Of a stretch of DNA of 64,000 nt, positions 40,884 through 50,629 are shown piece by piece. A program made the position numbers and the translations under genes. A model generated the notes under the pieces. That model made no database searches. It was not told the origin of the DNA and worked only from the letters and a program-made list of their open reading frames with translations. The stretch comes from Candidatus Kapaibacterium sp. (GTDB lineage: Bacteria > Bacteroidota > Ignavibacteria > Kapaibacteriales > UBA2268), in the NCBI GenBank assembly GCA_963665665.1, contig OY762428.1, positions 4,832,001 through 4,896,000 on the forward strand, written 5' to 3'. Position 1 is the stretch's first letter; the number at the start of each line of letters is the position of its first letter.

Positions 40884-41114
40884 CTCGGAAGGCACGAGGG
40901 AACGCTCGGAAAGCATGGGGGAACGCTCGGAAAGCATGAGGGAATGCTCGGAAAGGACGAGGGAATGCTCGGAAGGCTCAGGGGAATACTCGGAAAGGAC
41001 GAGGGAACGCTCGGAAAGGACGGGGGAACGCTCGGAAAGGACGAGGGAATGCTCGGAAAGGACGGGGGAACGCTCGGAAAGGACGGGGGAACGCTCGGAA
41101 GGCTCAGGGGAATA
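40884..41114. repeat. Intergenic tandem array of 11 x 21-bp units, consensus CTCGGAA-RG(C/G)(A/T)YRR-GGGAAYR
   Basis: Eleven contiguous 21-nt units read directly; CTCGGAA and GGGAA invariant; units 5 and 11 identical. Confidence 0.95.
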
Positions 41115-41450
41115 CTATTATTGCACAAAACAAGGGATTCTATGCGTGATAAATCGTTTACGGAGGATATGAGAACAGCGACGAGTTCAGAGACCGCTAT
41201 CGCTGCAGGTCGGGCATTGATGCTACTAACTCGCGATACGTACAGATGGACGGAGCACGCGGCGGTATCGTTACCGGGGCCTGGCGAATAAAAAATACAA
41301 AGACAGTATTTTTACCTATTGCCATGATAAATATTTTACTTAATTTTGAAGTCGTTAACTTTATACTTTTGAAAAGTTTATGTTTTGATATGATTAGCAT
41401 GGTAAATTGACCTTTTTGTTTTTTGGAATTTAAGTGAAAGGACGGAAGAA

Positions 41451-42386
41451 ATGGAATTGAGTTTAAAAAAAGGCAGTGCCTTTTGGGATTACTTTTTCTC
41501 GACAATTGGCGCAGCTGTAATGGCCCTTGGAATAAGCGTTTTTCTGATTGATGCACAAGTCGTACCGGGAGGCGTAAGCGGACTCTCGATGGCTATTCAC
41601 TACTTATCAAACAAAACTCTCCCTGTTGGTTTGATGATATGGATTCTGAATGTTCCACTTTATATCTGGGGCCTTAAAGAACTTGGTAAACGTTTTGGCA
41701 TCAGGACATTTTATTCCTTCACCATGAACTCTTTCTTCATTGATTTCTTCAGGGGTGATATTCCGGGATTCGGTTTTATTCGCCTGCATGAATCTGAAAC
41801 CGTGAAACAGCTTCTCGAACACGACTTTTTCTTCCTGATACTTATCGGTTCTGTATTGCTCGGCACAGGACTTGGAATAATCTTCAAATTCAAGGGTACA
41901 ACGGCTGGTTCGGATATTGTTGCAGCTATTATGCAGAAACGATTCGGCATAAAACCCGGCCAGGCAATCATGATCATTGATTTCTTTGTGATCTCTCTTG
42001 CCGGTATAATAATCGGTGCCAAAGGCCTTTCCCCGGATAAGCCTGCGCTGGTTCTGACGCTATATGCCTTTTTCCTTTTGTTTGTCTCATCAAAAATCAT
42101 CGATGTTATATTGGATGGTTTTGACTATGCACGTGCCGCATATATTATATCTGATAAATATAATGAAATTTCCGATGCCATTGTCAGGGACCTGTCCCGC
42201 GGTGCTACTGCTATTAAATCCAGGGGGCTTTATAAAGGTGTTGACAGGGAAGTTATCATGACTGTGGTAACATTGAAGGAAATTGGGCGGCTTGAGGAAA
42301 TTATCCGCAAGATCGACCCGGACGCATTCGTGATTGTTCACACCGTACACGAGGTGGTAGGCCGGGGATTCCGGCGAAGGATATAA
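41451..42386 (+). CDS. YitT (DUF161/DUF2179) family membrane protein
   Basis: PGGVSGL, NVPL, GTTAGSDI, RGAT, IDPDAF..EVVGRGF. Confidence 0.92.
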   Translation: MELSLKKGSAFWDYFFSTIGAAVMALGISVFLIDAQVVPGGVSGLSMAIHYLSNKTLPVGLMIWILNVPLYIWGLKELGKRFGIRTFYSFTMNSFFIDFFRGDIPGFGFIRLHESETVKQLLEHDFFFLILIGSVLLGTGLGIIFKFKGTTAGSDIVAAIMQKRFGIKPGQAIMIIDFFVISLAGIIIGAKGLSPDKPALVLTLYAFFLLFVSSKIIDVILDGFDYARAAYIISDKYNEISDAIVRDLSRGATAIKSRGLYKGVDREVIMTVVTLKEIGRLEEIIRKIDPDAFVIVHTVHEVVGRGFRRRI

Positions 42387-42412
42387 TTTTTGCAAAATAT
42401 TTAATAATTGAT

Positions 42413-42451
42413 AATCGTCCGGCGAATGAACAAACCGGACGATTTTTTTTT
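42413..42451 (+). terminator. Intrinsic terminator after yitT
   Basis: AATCGTCCGG...CCGGACGATT followed by a T-run. Confidence 0.7.
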
Positions 42452-42681
42452 ACAACCAAATACTTATTTAAGATTAAACCATTAAGATTTTAATATCTTA
42501 TAAACCATTAAATATGGCCCGGTTTGTATTTTTATTATATCAAATGATATTGTATAAACTATTAAGTTATCATTTGAATTTTTCCTGCCGGCTTCATTCA
42601 ATTACTTTTCAGATTAGTTAGTTTTTCTTATTTTTGTTCTTTTTTAAATACTTGATTTTGCAGACGGAAGAAAGAATAGTT

Positions 42682-43284
42682 ATGGAAGGAAAGACATACG
42701 AGAGAACGGAAAGAAGAAAAGAAAAACTAATGAACGTATTGAAGAAAAGACAGCCCGAACTAACAATTATTCTTGAAAATATTAACGATCCTCATAATAT
42801 GTCGGCTTGCCTGCGTTCCTGTGATGCCGTAGGTATTATGAAAGTATATATGATATACCATAGTGGCCAGCCTTTCCCGAAGCTTGGTGCTCAAAGTTCC
42901 GCCAGTGCAAAAAAATGGGTGGAATACGAACGCTTCGATACTGTAGAAGAATGCTTTACGAAATTGCGTAATGATGGATATAAAATCTATACTACCCACA
43001 TGGGCGAGGATTCCGTTTCGCTGTACAGCCTTGAATTGACTGGTAAGGTTGCCCTGATGTTTGGAAATGAACATTCAGGTGTATCTGCAGAAGCTTATGA
43101 AAATGCCGACGGAAACTTTCTGATTCCTCAGCACGGAATGATACAAAGCCTTAATATATCCGTAGCATGTGCTGTTTCTCTTTTTGAAGCTCAAAGACAA
43201 AGGCAGGTAGCCGGAAAATATGACATCCCACAACTTTCGTCAACTGAACTTGACAGCAAATATTCCGAATGGTTAAAAAAATAG
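42682..43284 (+). CDS. trmH: tRNA (guanosine-2'-O)-methyltransferase, SpoU/TrmH family (probable ATG at 42682)
   Basis: RQPELT, DPHNMSACLRSCDAVG, FGNEHSGVS, IPQHGMIQSLNISVA. Confidence 0.88.
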   Translation: MEGKTYERTERRKEKLMNVLKKRQPELTIILENINDPHNMSACLRSCDAVGIMKVYMIYHSGQPFPKLGAQSSASAKKWVEYERFDTVEECFTKLRNDGYKIYTTHMGEDSVSLYSLELTGKVALMFGNEHSGVSAEAYENADGNFLIPQHGMIQSLNISVACAVSLFEAQRQRQVAGKYDIPQLSSTELDSKYSEWLKK

Positions 43285-43356
43285 TGCCACACTTGATTTA
43301 ATGCTGTTTTCTGATTATCTTACCAAAGAGTAATTTTATCAATATCGGAACTTAAT

Positions 43357-45423
43357 ATGAGGCTTCCGTTCATATTCCTACTTTTTTTATTACCGCTAAA
43401 GATTTTTTCTGCCACGGAGAATCTTGATTCTCTTGAAAGTGCTCTGAAAATTGAAACAGTTGACAGTATAAGGGCAAAAATGCTAACTACTTTATCCAAA
43501 GAACATGCCAATAAAGGTTCGGATGAAGCACTTAAATATATTAATCGCCTCAGGGATATTTCTAAACAAAAGAATTATGGCAAACATTTAATTGATGTAG
43601 AAGCTAATTCTTTTATATATTATTCACGTAAAGGAAAACTGAAAGAAGCTCTGAAATATGGTGAAAAGATGTATTCACTTGCAAAGGCTCTTGAAAATCA
43701 GGAAAAAATGGCTGAAGCAAAGAATAAACTCGGTATTAATTATACAAGGCTCGGTGAATATGACAAAGCTGTTGAACTATTTACCGATGCAATTAAAATC
43801 TCGAAGAAACATAATATTCTAAATGTTGAAGCAAATTCTTATCTGATGCTGGGCATACTTAGTGAAAAAAGAAATAAAATTGAAGTAGCACACGATTATT
43901 TATTAAAAGCCCTTGATGCAGCAAACAAAAGCGATAAGAAAGATCGTTTATTACCAACAATTTATTCAAACTTATCAAGTTTCGAGATTTTACTCGGGCG
44001 TTATGATGAAGCTGCAAAACACCTGAATAATGTGATAGATATATATAAAAAGAAAAATGACCTGAACAGTTTGTCCATTGCATATAATAATAAAGCAATA
44101 TTATATTATCACCAGGAGGATTTTGAAACTGCGCTGAAGTGGTTCGAAGAATCAAAAAAGCTGAAAGTTAAACAGGAAAATATCATTGGTATTGCTCTTA
44201 TAGATATGAATATGGCCGAAATACTAATGAATATGAAAAATTATAAGAAAGCATTAAGAATTCTGGATTCTTCGAAAGTTGTATTTGATAGTACCGGAAC
44301 TATTGAATTATTAATTGAAGCATACAATACCGAAAACAAAATCAATATAGCCAGGGGGGATTTTAAAGCAGCACATAAATCTCTTGAAATGTATCATAAA
44401 TTAAATGATAGCATTCATAATAAGGCAAGTGAAAATAAGATAGCTGAAATTGAAACTCATTTCAAAGTTGCAGAAAAAGAATGGGAAAACGAACGATTGA
44501 AGGAACAGTCAGAAAACCAGAATTTAATTATCATTATTATTTTAATCCTGTCTTCCCTGATATTGATCCTGGCAGTTGCTTTAATATTTAAAAACAGATC
44601 GATGAATAAAACCAATGAAATATTGAAGGATCTTAATACTAAACTTGAAGATAAGCAGCTAAGAATCGAGAATCAGAACTACGAACTTGCCGAGTTAAAT
44701 TCCGACCTGGTTAAAACCAACCGGGAACTAAGTGAACTCAATGCAATGAAAGATAAATTTTTCTCTATCATTTCCCATGATTTGAAAAGCCCTCTCTCAT
44801 CCCTTTACTTAATGATTGAAATGCTCGTAGAGAACTATAATGATTTTTCCGGAGATGAATTGGAAGAAACACTTGAGCTATTAAAAGCGTCATCACGAAA
44901 CACCAGTTCTCTCCTTGAAAATCTACTGACCTGGTCGAGAACACAGATGAACAAAGTTGATTTCAACCCGGAACTGATTTCAATGCATAATCTTGCTGAA
45001 AGTACCATCAATGCTCTACAGTCTTCTGCATATATCAAACGAATAGAAATTGAAAATGAAATACCTGATAATCTGAAAGTATCATGCGATTATCCCATGA
45101 TATCAACTGTTATCAGAAACATCACGAACAATTCAATCAAATTTACACCTGAAGGCGGTAAAATAATTGTATCAGCAGCTGATGAAAAAGATTATTTGAG
45201 GATATCGATAGAAGACAATGGTGTGGGAATGAATGAAGATGCAAAGAACAATTTATTCCTGCTTGACAAAGCCAGCTCTACACCTGGAACGAATAATGAA
45301 AAAGGTACCGGTTTAGGACTTATTATTGTTAAGGAATTTATCGAAAAACATGAAGGAAAAATCTGGGCTGAGAGTGAAAAAGGAATAGGAACAACATTTC
45401 ATTTTACCATAAAAAAAGACTGA
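43357..45423 (+). CDS. TPR-repeat sensor histidine kinase
   Basis: Signal peptide, TPR-like helices, TM helix, DKFFSIISHDLKSPL, LLENLLTW, NSIKFT, GTNNEKGTGLGL. Confidence 0.9.
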   Translation: MRLPFIFLLFLLPLKIFSATENLDSLESALKIETVDSIRAKMLTTLSKEHANKGSDEALKYINRLRDISKQKNYGKHLIDVEANSFIYYSRKGKLKEALKYGEKMYSLAKALENQEKMAEAKNKLGINYTRLGEYDKAVELFTDAIKISKKHNILNVEANSYLMLGILSEKRNKIEVAHDYLLKALDAANKSDKKDRLLPTIYSNLSSFEILLGRYDEAAKHLNNVIDIYKKKNDLNSLSIAYNNKAILYYHQEDFETALKWFEESKKLKVKQENIIGIALIDMNMAEILMNMKNYKKALRILDSSKVVFDSTGTIELLIEAYNTENKINIARGDFKAAHKSLEMYHKLNDSIHNKASENKIAEIETHFKVAEKEWENERLKEQSENQNLIIIIILILSSLILILAVALIFKNRSMNKTNEILKDLNTKLEDKQLRIENQNYELAELNSDLVKTNRELSELNAMKDKFFSIISHDLKSPLSSLYLMIEMLVENYNDFSGDELEETLELLKASSRNTSSLLENLLTWSRTQMNKVDFNPELISMHNLAESTINALQSSAYIKRIEIENEIPDNLKVSCDYPMISTVIRNITNNSIKFTPEGGKIIVSAADEKDYLRISIEDNGVGMNEDAKNNLFLLDKASSTPGTNNEKGTGLGLIIVKEFIEKHEGKIWAESEKGIGTTFHFTIKKD

Positions 45424-45487
45424 AAAACTATTTTTAAAAGTTTATATTTGTATCAAATTCATTTGATAAACAATCAGGAATGAAAAT

Positions 45488-46084
45488 ATGGACAGATTAT
45501 CTGCTGCTGAATCGATAATGATAAGCCAGAAAAAGGAATGGGGAGAGATCATTACCGGCTTTGAAACAAAGAATAAATACCAGATAATGACTCAGGACGG
45601 CAGCCCGCTGTATTTTGCCGGTGAAACCGGGGGAAATTTCCTTATGCGTATGTTCCTTAAAGGCTCAAGGCCATTTGAAATGACGGTAATGGATTCTTCC
45701 GGCAAAGTTATTCTGAAGGTAAACAGGCCTTTTAGATTTTTCTTTCCTGAATGTACTGTCAGCGACGGCTCCGGCAAAATACTTGGCCAGGTAAAATGGA
45801 ATTTTGCAATTTTCAGAAAAAAATATACCGTTCTTGATAAAAATGCTATGGAAATATTCCGCTACTTCGGCCCTGCTTTGAAACCCTGGACATTCAAGAT
45901 AATGAACGGAGAGCAGGAAGTTGGGATTATTACCAAGAAATGGAGCGGCCTTTTCAAAGAAGCTTTCTCTGATGCCGATAACTTCGGTATTCAGTTTCCT
46001 CCCGGCCTTTCTGTTGAACAAAAGGCATTGTTGCTTGGCTCTGTATTCCTGATAGATTTTGTTCATTTCGAAAACAAGAATTAG
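45488..46084 (+). CDS. Phospholipid scramblase / LURP-one-like protein
   Basis: GFETKNKY, RPF, VGIITKKWSG, DADNFGIQFP, KALLLGSVFLIDF motifs. Confidence 0.85.
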   Translation: MDRLSAAESIMISQKKEWGEIITGFETKNKYQIMTQDGSPLYFAGETGGNFLMRMFLKGSRPFEMTVMDSSGKVILKVNRPFRFFFPECTVSDGSGKILGQVKWNFAIFRKKYTVLDKNAMEIFRYFGPALKPWTFKIMNGEQEVGIITKKWSGLFKEAFSDADNFGIQFPPGLSVEQKALLLGSVFLIDFVHFENKN

Positions 46085-46144
46085 CTCTTATTCCGGACAG
46101 AATTTCTTATAAGACTAAAACTATCTGAATGGAATGTTTATTAC

Positions 46145-46177
46145 AGCCTGATCCCTGACGCTGTCGGGGATCAGGCT
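46145..46177. terminator. Hairpin between convergent genes
   Basis: AGCCTGATCCCTGAC-gct-GTCGGGGATCAGGCT inverted repeat. Confidence 0.65.
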
Positions 46178-46338
46178 TGTATTTATTGAGATGTATGAAA
46201 AGCAATATTTTCCAACACTCACCTTTTAGATATTCCCTATATTAAAAAAATTGGGAAAAAAGTTTAAATTGCAATTTGAAAAAGCATCCAACGATAAGCA
46301 TTGAACGAAGCATTATCCGAACACTACTATAAAGATAT

Positions 46339-49300
46339 TTATCTGTTAACAACAAACCTGGATTTGTATTTAACAGCACCGTCCCGGATTGTAATAAAAT
46401 ACACACCCGAAACAAGGCCGCTTATATCAACTTTTATCAAATCTCCCGAATTATTTATTTCTGTTTTAGCGACAGCAATATTACCCGTGATATCAATAAT
46501 TGAAATTTTCGGGGTATTTACTATTTCTGGCAAACGAATATATACATAACTTTCTGCAGGCTGTGGATAGATTAACATGCCATAAATATTATTATCAGAA
46601 CCTTCGGAAATTCCTACCAGGAAGTCATTCGGAGCTCCCGGTGTACCGTAAGTTTTTGAAGCAGCCCAATTTCTGCCAAGGCTGTTGTCAAGTTCCCAGG
46701 AAATCAGTGAAGCGGAGTGTCCGTCGCCGTCAGCTTCTTCCGGCCAGGGAGATTTATCGTCATAGTTCAAAGAATCAACCAAAATACCATTGTTGTCGTA
46801 CAGCCTTATCAGCTCCCCTGATGCACTAAGTCCGAAATCCATTGTTCCAATTACATTATTAACATCGGGAAAGAATTTGCCGAAGGCATTCAGATCATCA
46901 CTCAATACCAAATATCCGTCAGCCGGAATAATAGTTCCATCCGGGAAAATAAATTTATGAGCATCGTTTCCGTCAGAGAAATACCAGTTAGTGATATCAA
47001 TCTCTTCATCTGCGGGATTGTAAAATTCCACCCAGTCGCCACATTCAAAATCGTTGTGGGAATTATAATTAATCTCGTTAATAACAAGTTTGTTGCTTGG
47101 CTTTTCGTAATAATAAGCCCCAATATCCGAACGGCTGCCGTCAGGGTCTGTATAATCCGGAGAACCGGTATTAATGCAGGGCGATCCGCTTGTTAATTTG
47201 AAATTATTATCAACAATGTTTACAAAGAGAGGATTGCCATTGAAATTGCCATCACCGTCCAATGTACCATTATCGCTTATGCAGTAATTTACATTCGAAT
47301 CAGAACCACTTTCAATACTGATATCCTTTTCATTTTCGAAGAATATACAATTTATCACATCGGCATTGCCGGGCTTGTCGAAGTCTTTGGTATTAATATC
47401 AATACCGGATGCATTCTTATAAAAAGTATTATTCAGAATCAAGGCTCCGGCATTATCTTTCACGTTAACCGCGATGCCCGAATTAATTATCACATTCCTG
47501 CTGATAAATATATTTTCTTTTGGATTGCCTTCGATATTCCTAATGGATATAGCCTTGTCAGCTATTTTATCAAAGAAACAATTATTAATATGAACAAGTT
47601 TCGAATCGTTCAGGTCGATTCCGTCATCAGACGAACCGGAAAATTTGCAGGATTCAATTCTTATTGAATCGCTGAACATATATTCCACGGCATCATTAAC
47701 GTTAAGGAATTTGCAGTTAATAATATCGCCTCCGGAGTAGTCGCCGATGATACCTTCGCTGCTTTTGTCAGATAAAAATACAGAATTATTTATATCCGTG
47801 TTGCAACTGTCGAAAAAGAAGAAATAATTTTCATTTCCCGTACAGGAGTATCTTTCAGCTTTTAAATGGTCTATATCAACATCTGTTTTCAAGGAGTATA
47901 CAGAGCCATTCAAAATATTTGTATGGCTGATAATGCAATCGTCAACAGCATTATCAAAACTGATCTTTGCCCAGGCATTATGATTGGGAACAGGCGCTAA
48001 AACAACCGGTTCTGCAACAGTACCTGCTGATTCAAATCCTCCGTAAATTGTTATTGATTTCCCCTCGGATATAAACAGAGTAGCGCCGGGCATAAATTTT
48101 AACTTACCGGTTTGGCTGACTGTCAGGTCGCAGTTCAGCCTGTACGGAGAATTTTCCTTTGTAAGAATATATTCCCCGTCGATATCACATGGCAGAACAG
48201 TTCCGTTTTTCACTTCCAGAATATGAAAGTCATCATAACCGTATGTTTCCCAGTCTCCGTCATAAGCTTTCACGTACCAATAATATTTGCCTTCTTCAAT
48301 AACGGCAGTATAAGTAGTATCTGTCAGGTCTCTGACAAATGTTGCATATTCTTCTTCATAAGAAACCCGGGTTGACCACGCAAGTTCGTATTTTACCGGG
48401 TTACCCGACCTTGATTCCGAAGGATGCCATGAAAAGCGAACGGTATCCATTGCCAGCCTTACACCGGGGTTAACCATGAAGTTCTTTGGTTTTTTCTGCA
48501 TCTGTTCCAATACTATTCCTGCTCTTTGCTGAATATAGCTTTTATCATGATCGATAGCAGCATCAAATACGGCCATATCGCTGAAGATTTTCGTTGTATC
48601 TTCTTCCACGGCAGTTCTGATCACAGTTTTCAAACTGTCAATGATAGGCCCGAGATGCTCGATATTATAATATTTATCGCTGAACTCCATAATTTTCCCT
48701 TTTATATCGGAAAATATCTGATCATCGATAAAAGCCCTTTCCGGATACGGGTTGTCAGGATAACCTGTTAATGAACTGATATCAAAATGTGTATGAATAT
48801 AATATTGCCCAATAGTTTTATCAAGATCCCACGGGGTCATAAACCATTTGCCGCTTCGGTTTATATCATGGAACATGTGGTAATTATGATAATAGGTGCT
48901 ATAATTGCTGATAAGGATATTCATGGCAATTATCGAGACCATATTCTCGTAATTGAATGTTTCCCTGGCCCACTGTAGATAATCATCCTCAGGAACAGTA
49001 TTAATATTGTCAATTAATTCCTGAAGGTCGCCCGTACCGAGATTTTCATTTGTTTTCTTTTCCCAGTACCTGCTAATATCATCCCAAATACCAAGGCTTG
49101 CCCAGTCTTTTGTGGCTTTGTACAAATTACCGTTCCTGTCAAGTCCCCGATTTTTCAGGAAATCAGTATCAACATTTTCAACCATCAGATAAATGCCCAG
49201 ATAAGAACCGTTCAAATAAATTTTTGCATGCTCGCTTTTAAAGCAGTACAGGCCTGCATCGTTGAAAAGCCTTGTAGATAAATACTGGTGCATCAGAGTA

Positions 49301-49608
49301 TTGTCCAGGTATTCAGCGTTCAGGTTCAGCACATCGCTGCCGGAGATAAACTCACCGGAATCAAATTTTATCTTCAGAGATTTCTTTGGATATTCCCTTG
49401 ATCCGTCTCCTCTGACACGCATACGGCAGTCAGCCCAGGTTTTATCCCCGTACTGAACCGTAACAGGAATATAATAATCCTCGGCAAAATGTTCGTACAT
49501 CTTCTCAAAATCGCCAGCCTGGCTGGTCAGGTAAATAGATTTAAGTTCATCAGCCGATAAAGTTATCGAAGCAAGAAACAGCAAAAACGCTGAAATGAAA
49601 TATTTCAT
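46339..49608 (-). CDS. Secreted CotH-family kinase with FN3-like, beta-helix and lamin-tail domains and T9SS CTD
   Basis: MRVRGDGSR..PKKSLKI, YHNY, PWDLD; parallel beta-helix repeats (DDGID, DKAISI); VINEINYN..DWVEFYN; YPQPA...SGVYFI CTD. Confidence 0.88.
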   Translation of the reverse strand: MKYFISAFLLFLASITLSADELKSIYLTSQAGDFEKMYEHFAEDYYIPVTVQYGDKTWADCRMRVRGDGSREYPKKSLKIKFDSGEFISGSDVLNLNAEYLDNTLMHQYLSTRLFNDAGLYCFKSEHAKIYLNGSYLGIYLMVENVDTDFLKNRGLDRNGNLYKATKDWASLGIWDDISRYWEKKTNENLGTGDLQELIDNINTVPEDDYLQWARETFNYENMVSIIAMNILISNYSTYYHNYHMFHDINRSGKWFMTPWDLDKTIGQYYIHTHFDISSLTGYPDNPYPERAFIDDQIFSDIKGKIMEFSDKYYNIEHLGPIIDSLKTVIRTAVEEDTTKIFSDMAVFDAAIDHDKSYIQQRAGIVLEQMQKKPKNFMVNPGVRLAMDTVRFSWHPSESRSGNPVKYELAWSTRVSYEEEYATFVRDLTDTTYTAVIEEGKYYWYVKAYDGDWETYGYDDFHILEVKNGTVLPCDIDGEYILTKENSPYRLNCDLTVSQTGKLKFMPGATLFISEGKSITIYGGFESAGTVAEPVVLAPVPNHNAWAKISFDNAVDDCIISHTNILNGSVYSLKTDVDIDHLKAERYSCTGNENYFFFFDSCNTDINNSVFLSDKSSEGIIGDYSGGDIINCKFLNVNDAVEYMFSDSIRIESCKFSGSSDDGIDLNDSKLVHINNCFFDKIADKAISIRNIEGNPKENIFISRNVIINSGIAVNVKDNAGALILNNTFYKNASGIDINTKDFDKPGNADVINCIFFENEKDISIESGSDSNVNYCISDNGTLDGDGNFNGNPLFVNIVDNNFKLTSGSPCINTGSPDYTDPDGSRSDIGAYYYEKPSNKLVINEINYNSHNDFECGDWVEFYNPADEEIDITNWYFSDGNDAHKFIFPDGTIIPADGYLVLSDDLNAFGKFFPDVNNVIGTMDFGLSASGELIRLYDNNGILVDSLNYDDKSPWPEEADGDGHSASLISWELDNSLGRNWAASKTYGTPGAPNDFLVGISEGSDNNIYGMLIYPQPAESYVYIRLPEIVNTPKISIIDITGNIAVAKTEINNSGDLIKVDISGLVSGVYFITIRDGAVKYKSRFVVNR

Positions 49609-49914
49609 GGTTCCTCTTGAATAATTGCAATTATTACATATTCAATAACACAGCAAACCCAAAAAGGTCTCAGGAAATTGAAAATAATATCGTTTTGAAA
49701 ATTACGAAAAAAGAAGAAATAAACATTGATCTAAAGTTACTCCTGAAAAAAGTCAGTAATTAATTTATTTTGAAGCAGGGATAATTGCCTGGAAATATTG
49801 TGCAATATTAATCCAAACAAAATTGAATTACATATCTTTTTTATGCAATTCTTTGATTATGTTCCCCTTCAAAATAAAAATTAATAATAACATATTGGTC
49901 TGTTCGCATCTGCC

Positions 49915-49964
49915 ATGACAATTTTGTCATTTCATTAGAAATTATCGACAAATTTGTCGATAAT
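49915..49964. promoter_or_regulatory. Two tandem palindromic operator/enhancer sites sharing GACAAWWTTGTC
   Basis: ATGACAATTTTGTCAT (49915-49930) and perfect 24-bp palindrome ATTATCGACAAATTTGTCGATAAT (49941-49964); centres 30 bp apart. Confidence 0.7.
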
Positions 49965-50024
49965 ATTACCAATAAGTAATATTCTATAATGCAATGATAT
50001 TGATAAATAGAGACTTATAATTTA

Positions 50025-50040
50025 TGGCACAGCAATTGTA
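50025..50040 (+). promoter_or_regulatory. Putative sigma54 (-24/-12) promoter
   Basis: TGGCAC-AGCAA-TTGTA matches TGGCAC-N5-TTGCW with one mismatch; about 70 bp upstream of the ATG at 50110. Confidence 0.55.
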
Positions 50041-50109
50041 AATAATTAATCAAGGCGCCGCTAAGGTAAAAGAAAAGTTTAAAGAAGAATTTTTGACAAG
50101 GAGAATATC

Positions 50110-50553
50110 ATGAAAAAGTATCTGGCAATAGCAGCAACATTTGTAATGGCAATGGTTTTAACAGCAAGCATGACTTTGGCACAGGAAGAAACACCATCAA
50201 AACTCAGGCTTCATCAGAACAGCGAAGGAACTAATTTTGTAGATGCAGACGGCGACGGCGTATGTGACAATGAACCGGCAGAAGCAGGAACCCGAAGAGG
50301 AAACAGGGGACTTGAAAGACCAAACTTCGTAGATGCAGATGGTGACGGAATTTGTGACAATGAAGGTGCCGGCCTCGGAAACGGATCAGGCAACGGTTTG
50401 AAAAGAAACTTTGTAGATGCAGACGGTGACGGTGTATGCGACAACTTCGGGACAGAATCATCCAGGTTGCGTCAGAACCTGAAAGACGGCTCAGGTACAG
50501 GTGAAATGATGCAATCAGCAAGCAAAAAAGGCAATGGCAGAAGAGGCCGTTAA
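50110..50553 (+). CDS. Small exported protein with three NFVDADGDG[VI]CDN repeats and Gly/Arg-rich linkers
   Basis: AAGGAG ribosome-binding site, signal peptide ending TLA-Q, three DxDxDG Ca-binding-type motifs each with one Cys. Confidence 0.85.
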   Translation: MKKYLAIAATFVMAMVLTASMTLAQEETPSKLRLHQNSEGTNFVDADGDGVCDNEPAEAGTRRGNRGLERPNFVDADGDGICDNEGAGLGNGSGNGLKRNFVDADGDGVCDNFGTESSRLRQNLKDGSGTGEMMQSASKKGNGRRGR

Positions 50554-50571
50554 TTGAAGAAAGTGAGAAAA

Positions 50572-50598
50572 AAAACGGGCGGAATATCCGCCCGTTTT
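50572..50598 (+). terminator. Intra-operon hairpin between the repeat protein and the beta-barrel gene
   Basis: AAAACGGGCGGA-ata-TCCGCCCGTTTT. Confidence 0.65.
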
Positions 50599-50629
50599 AA
50601 AAAAAAATAGTTCACAGGAGGGAAATATC

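Noticed and set aside
40884-41114. 21-bp array as a CRISPR or TIGR-like guide array
   Set aside because: Variable blocks are only 7 and 2 nt, related to each other and reused; there are no unique spacers and no cas or Nop-domain gene in the window
40868-41172. Pro/Ser-rich and SERT-repeat ORFs in the ORF track
   Set aside because: They are by-products of a stop-free 21-bp repeat, with no RBS or family evidence
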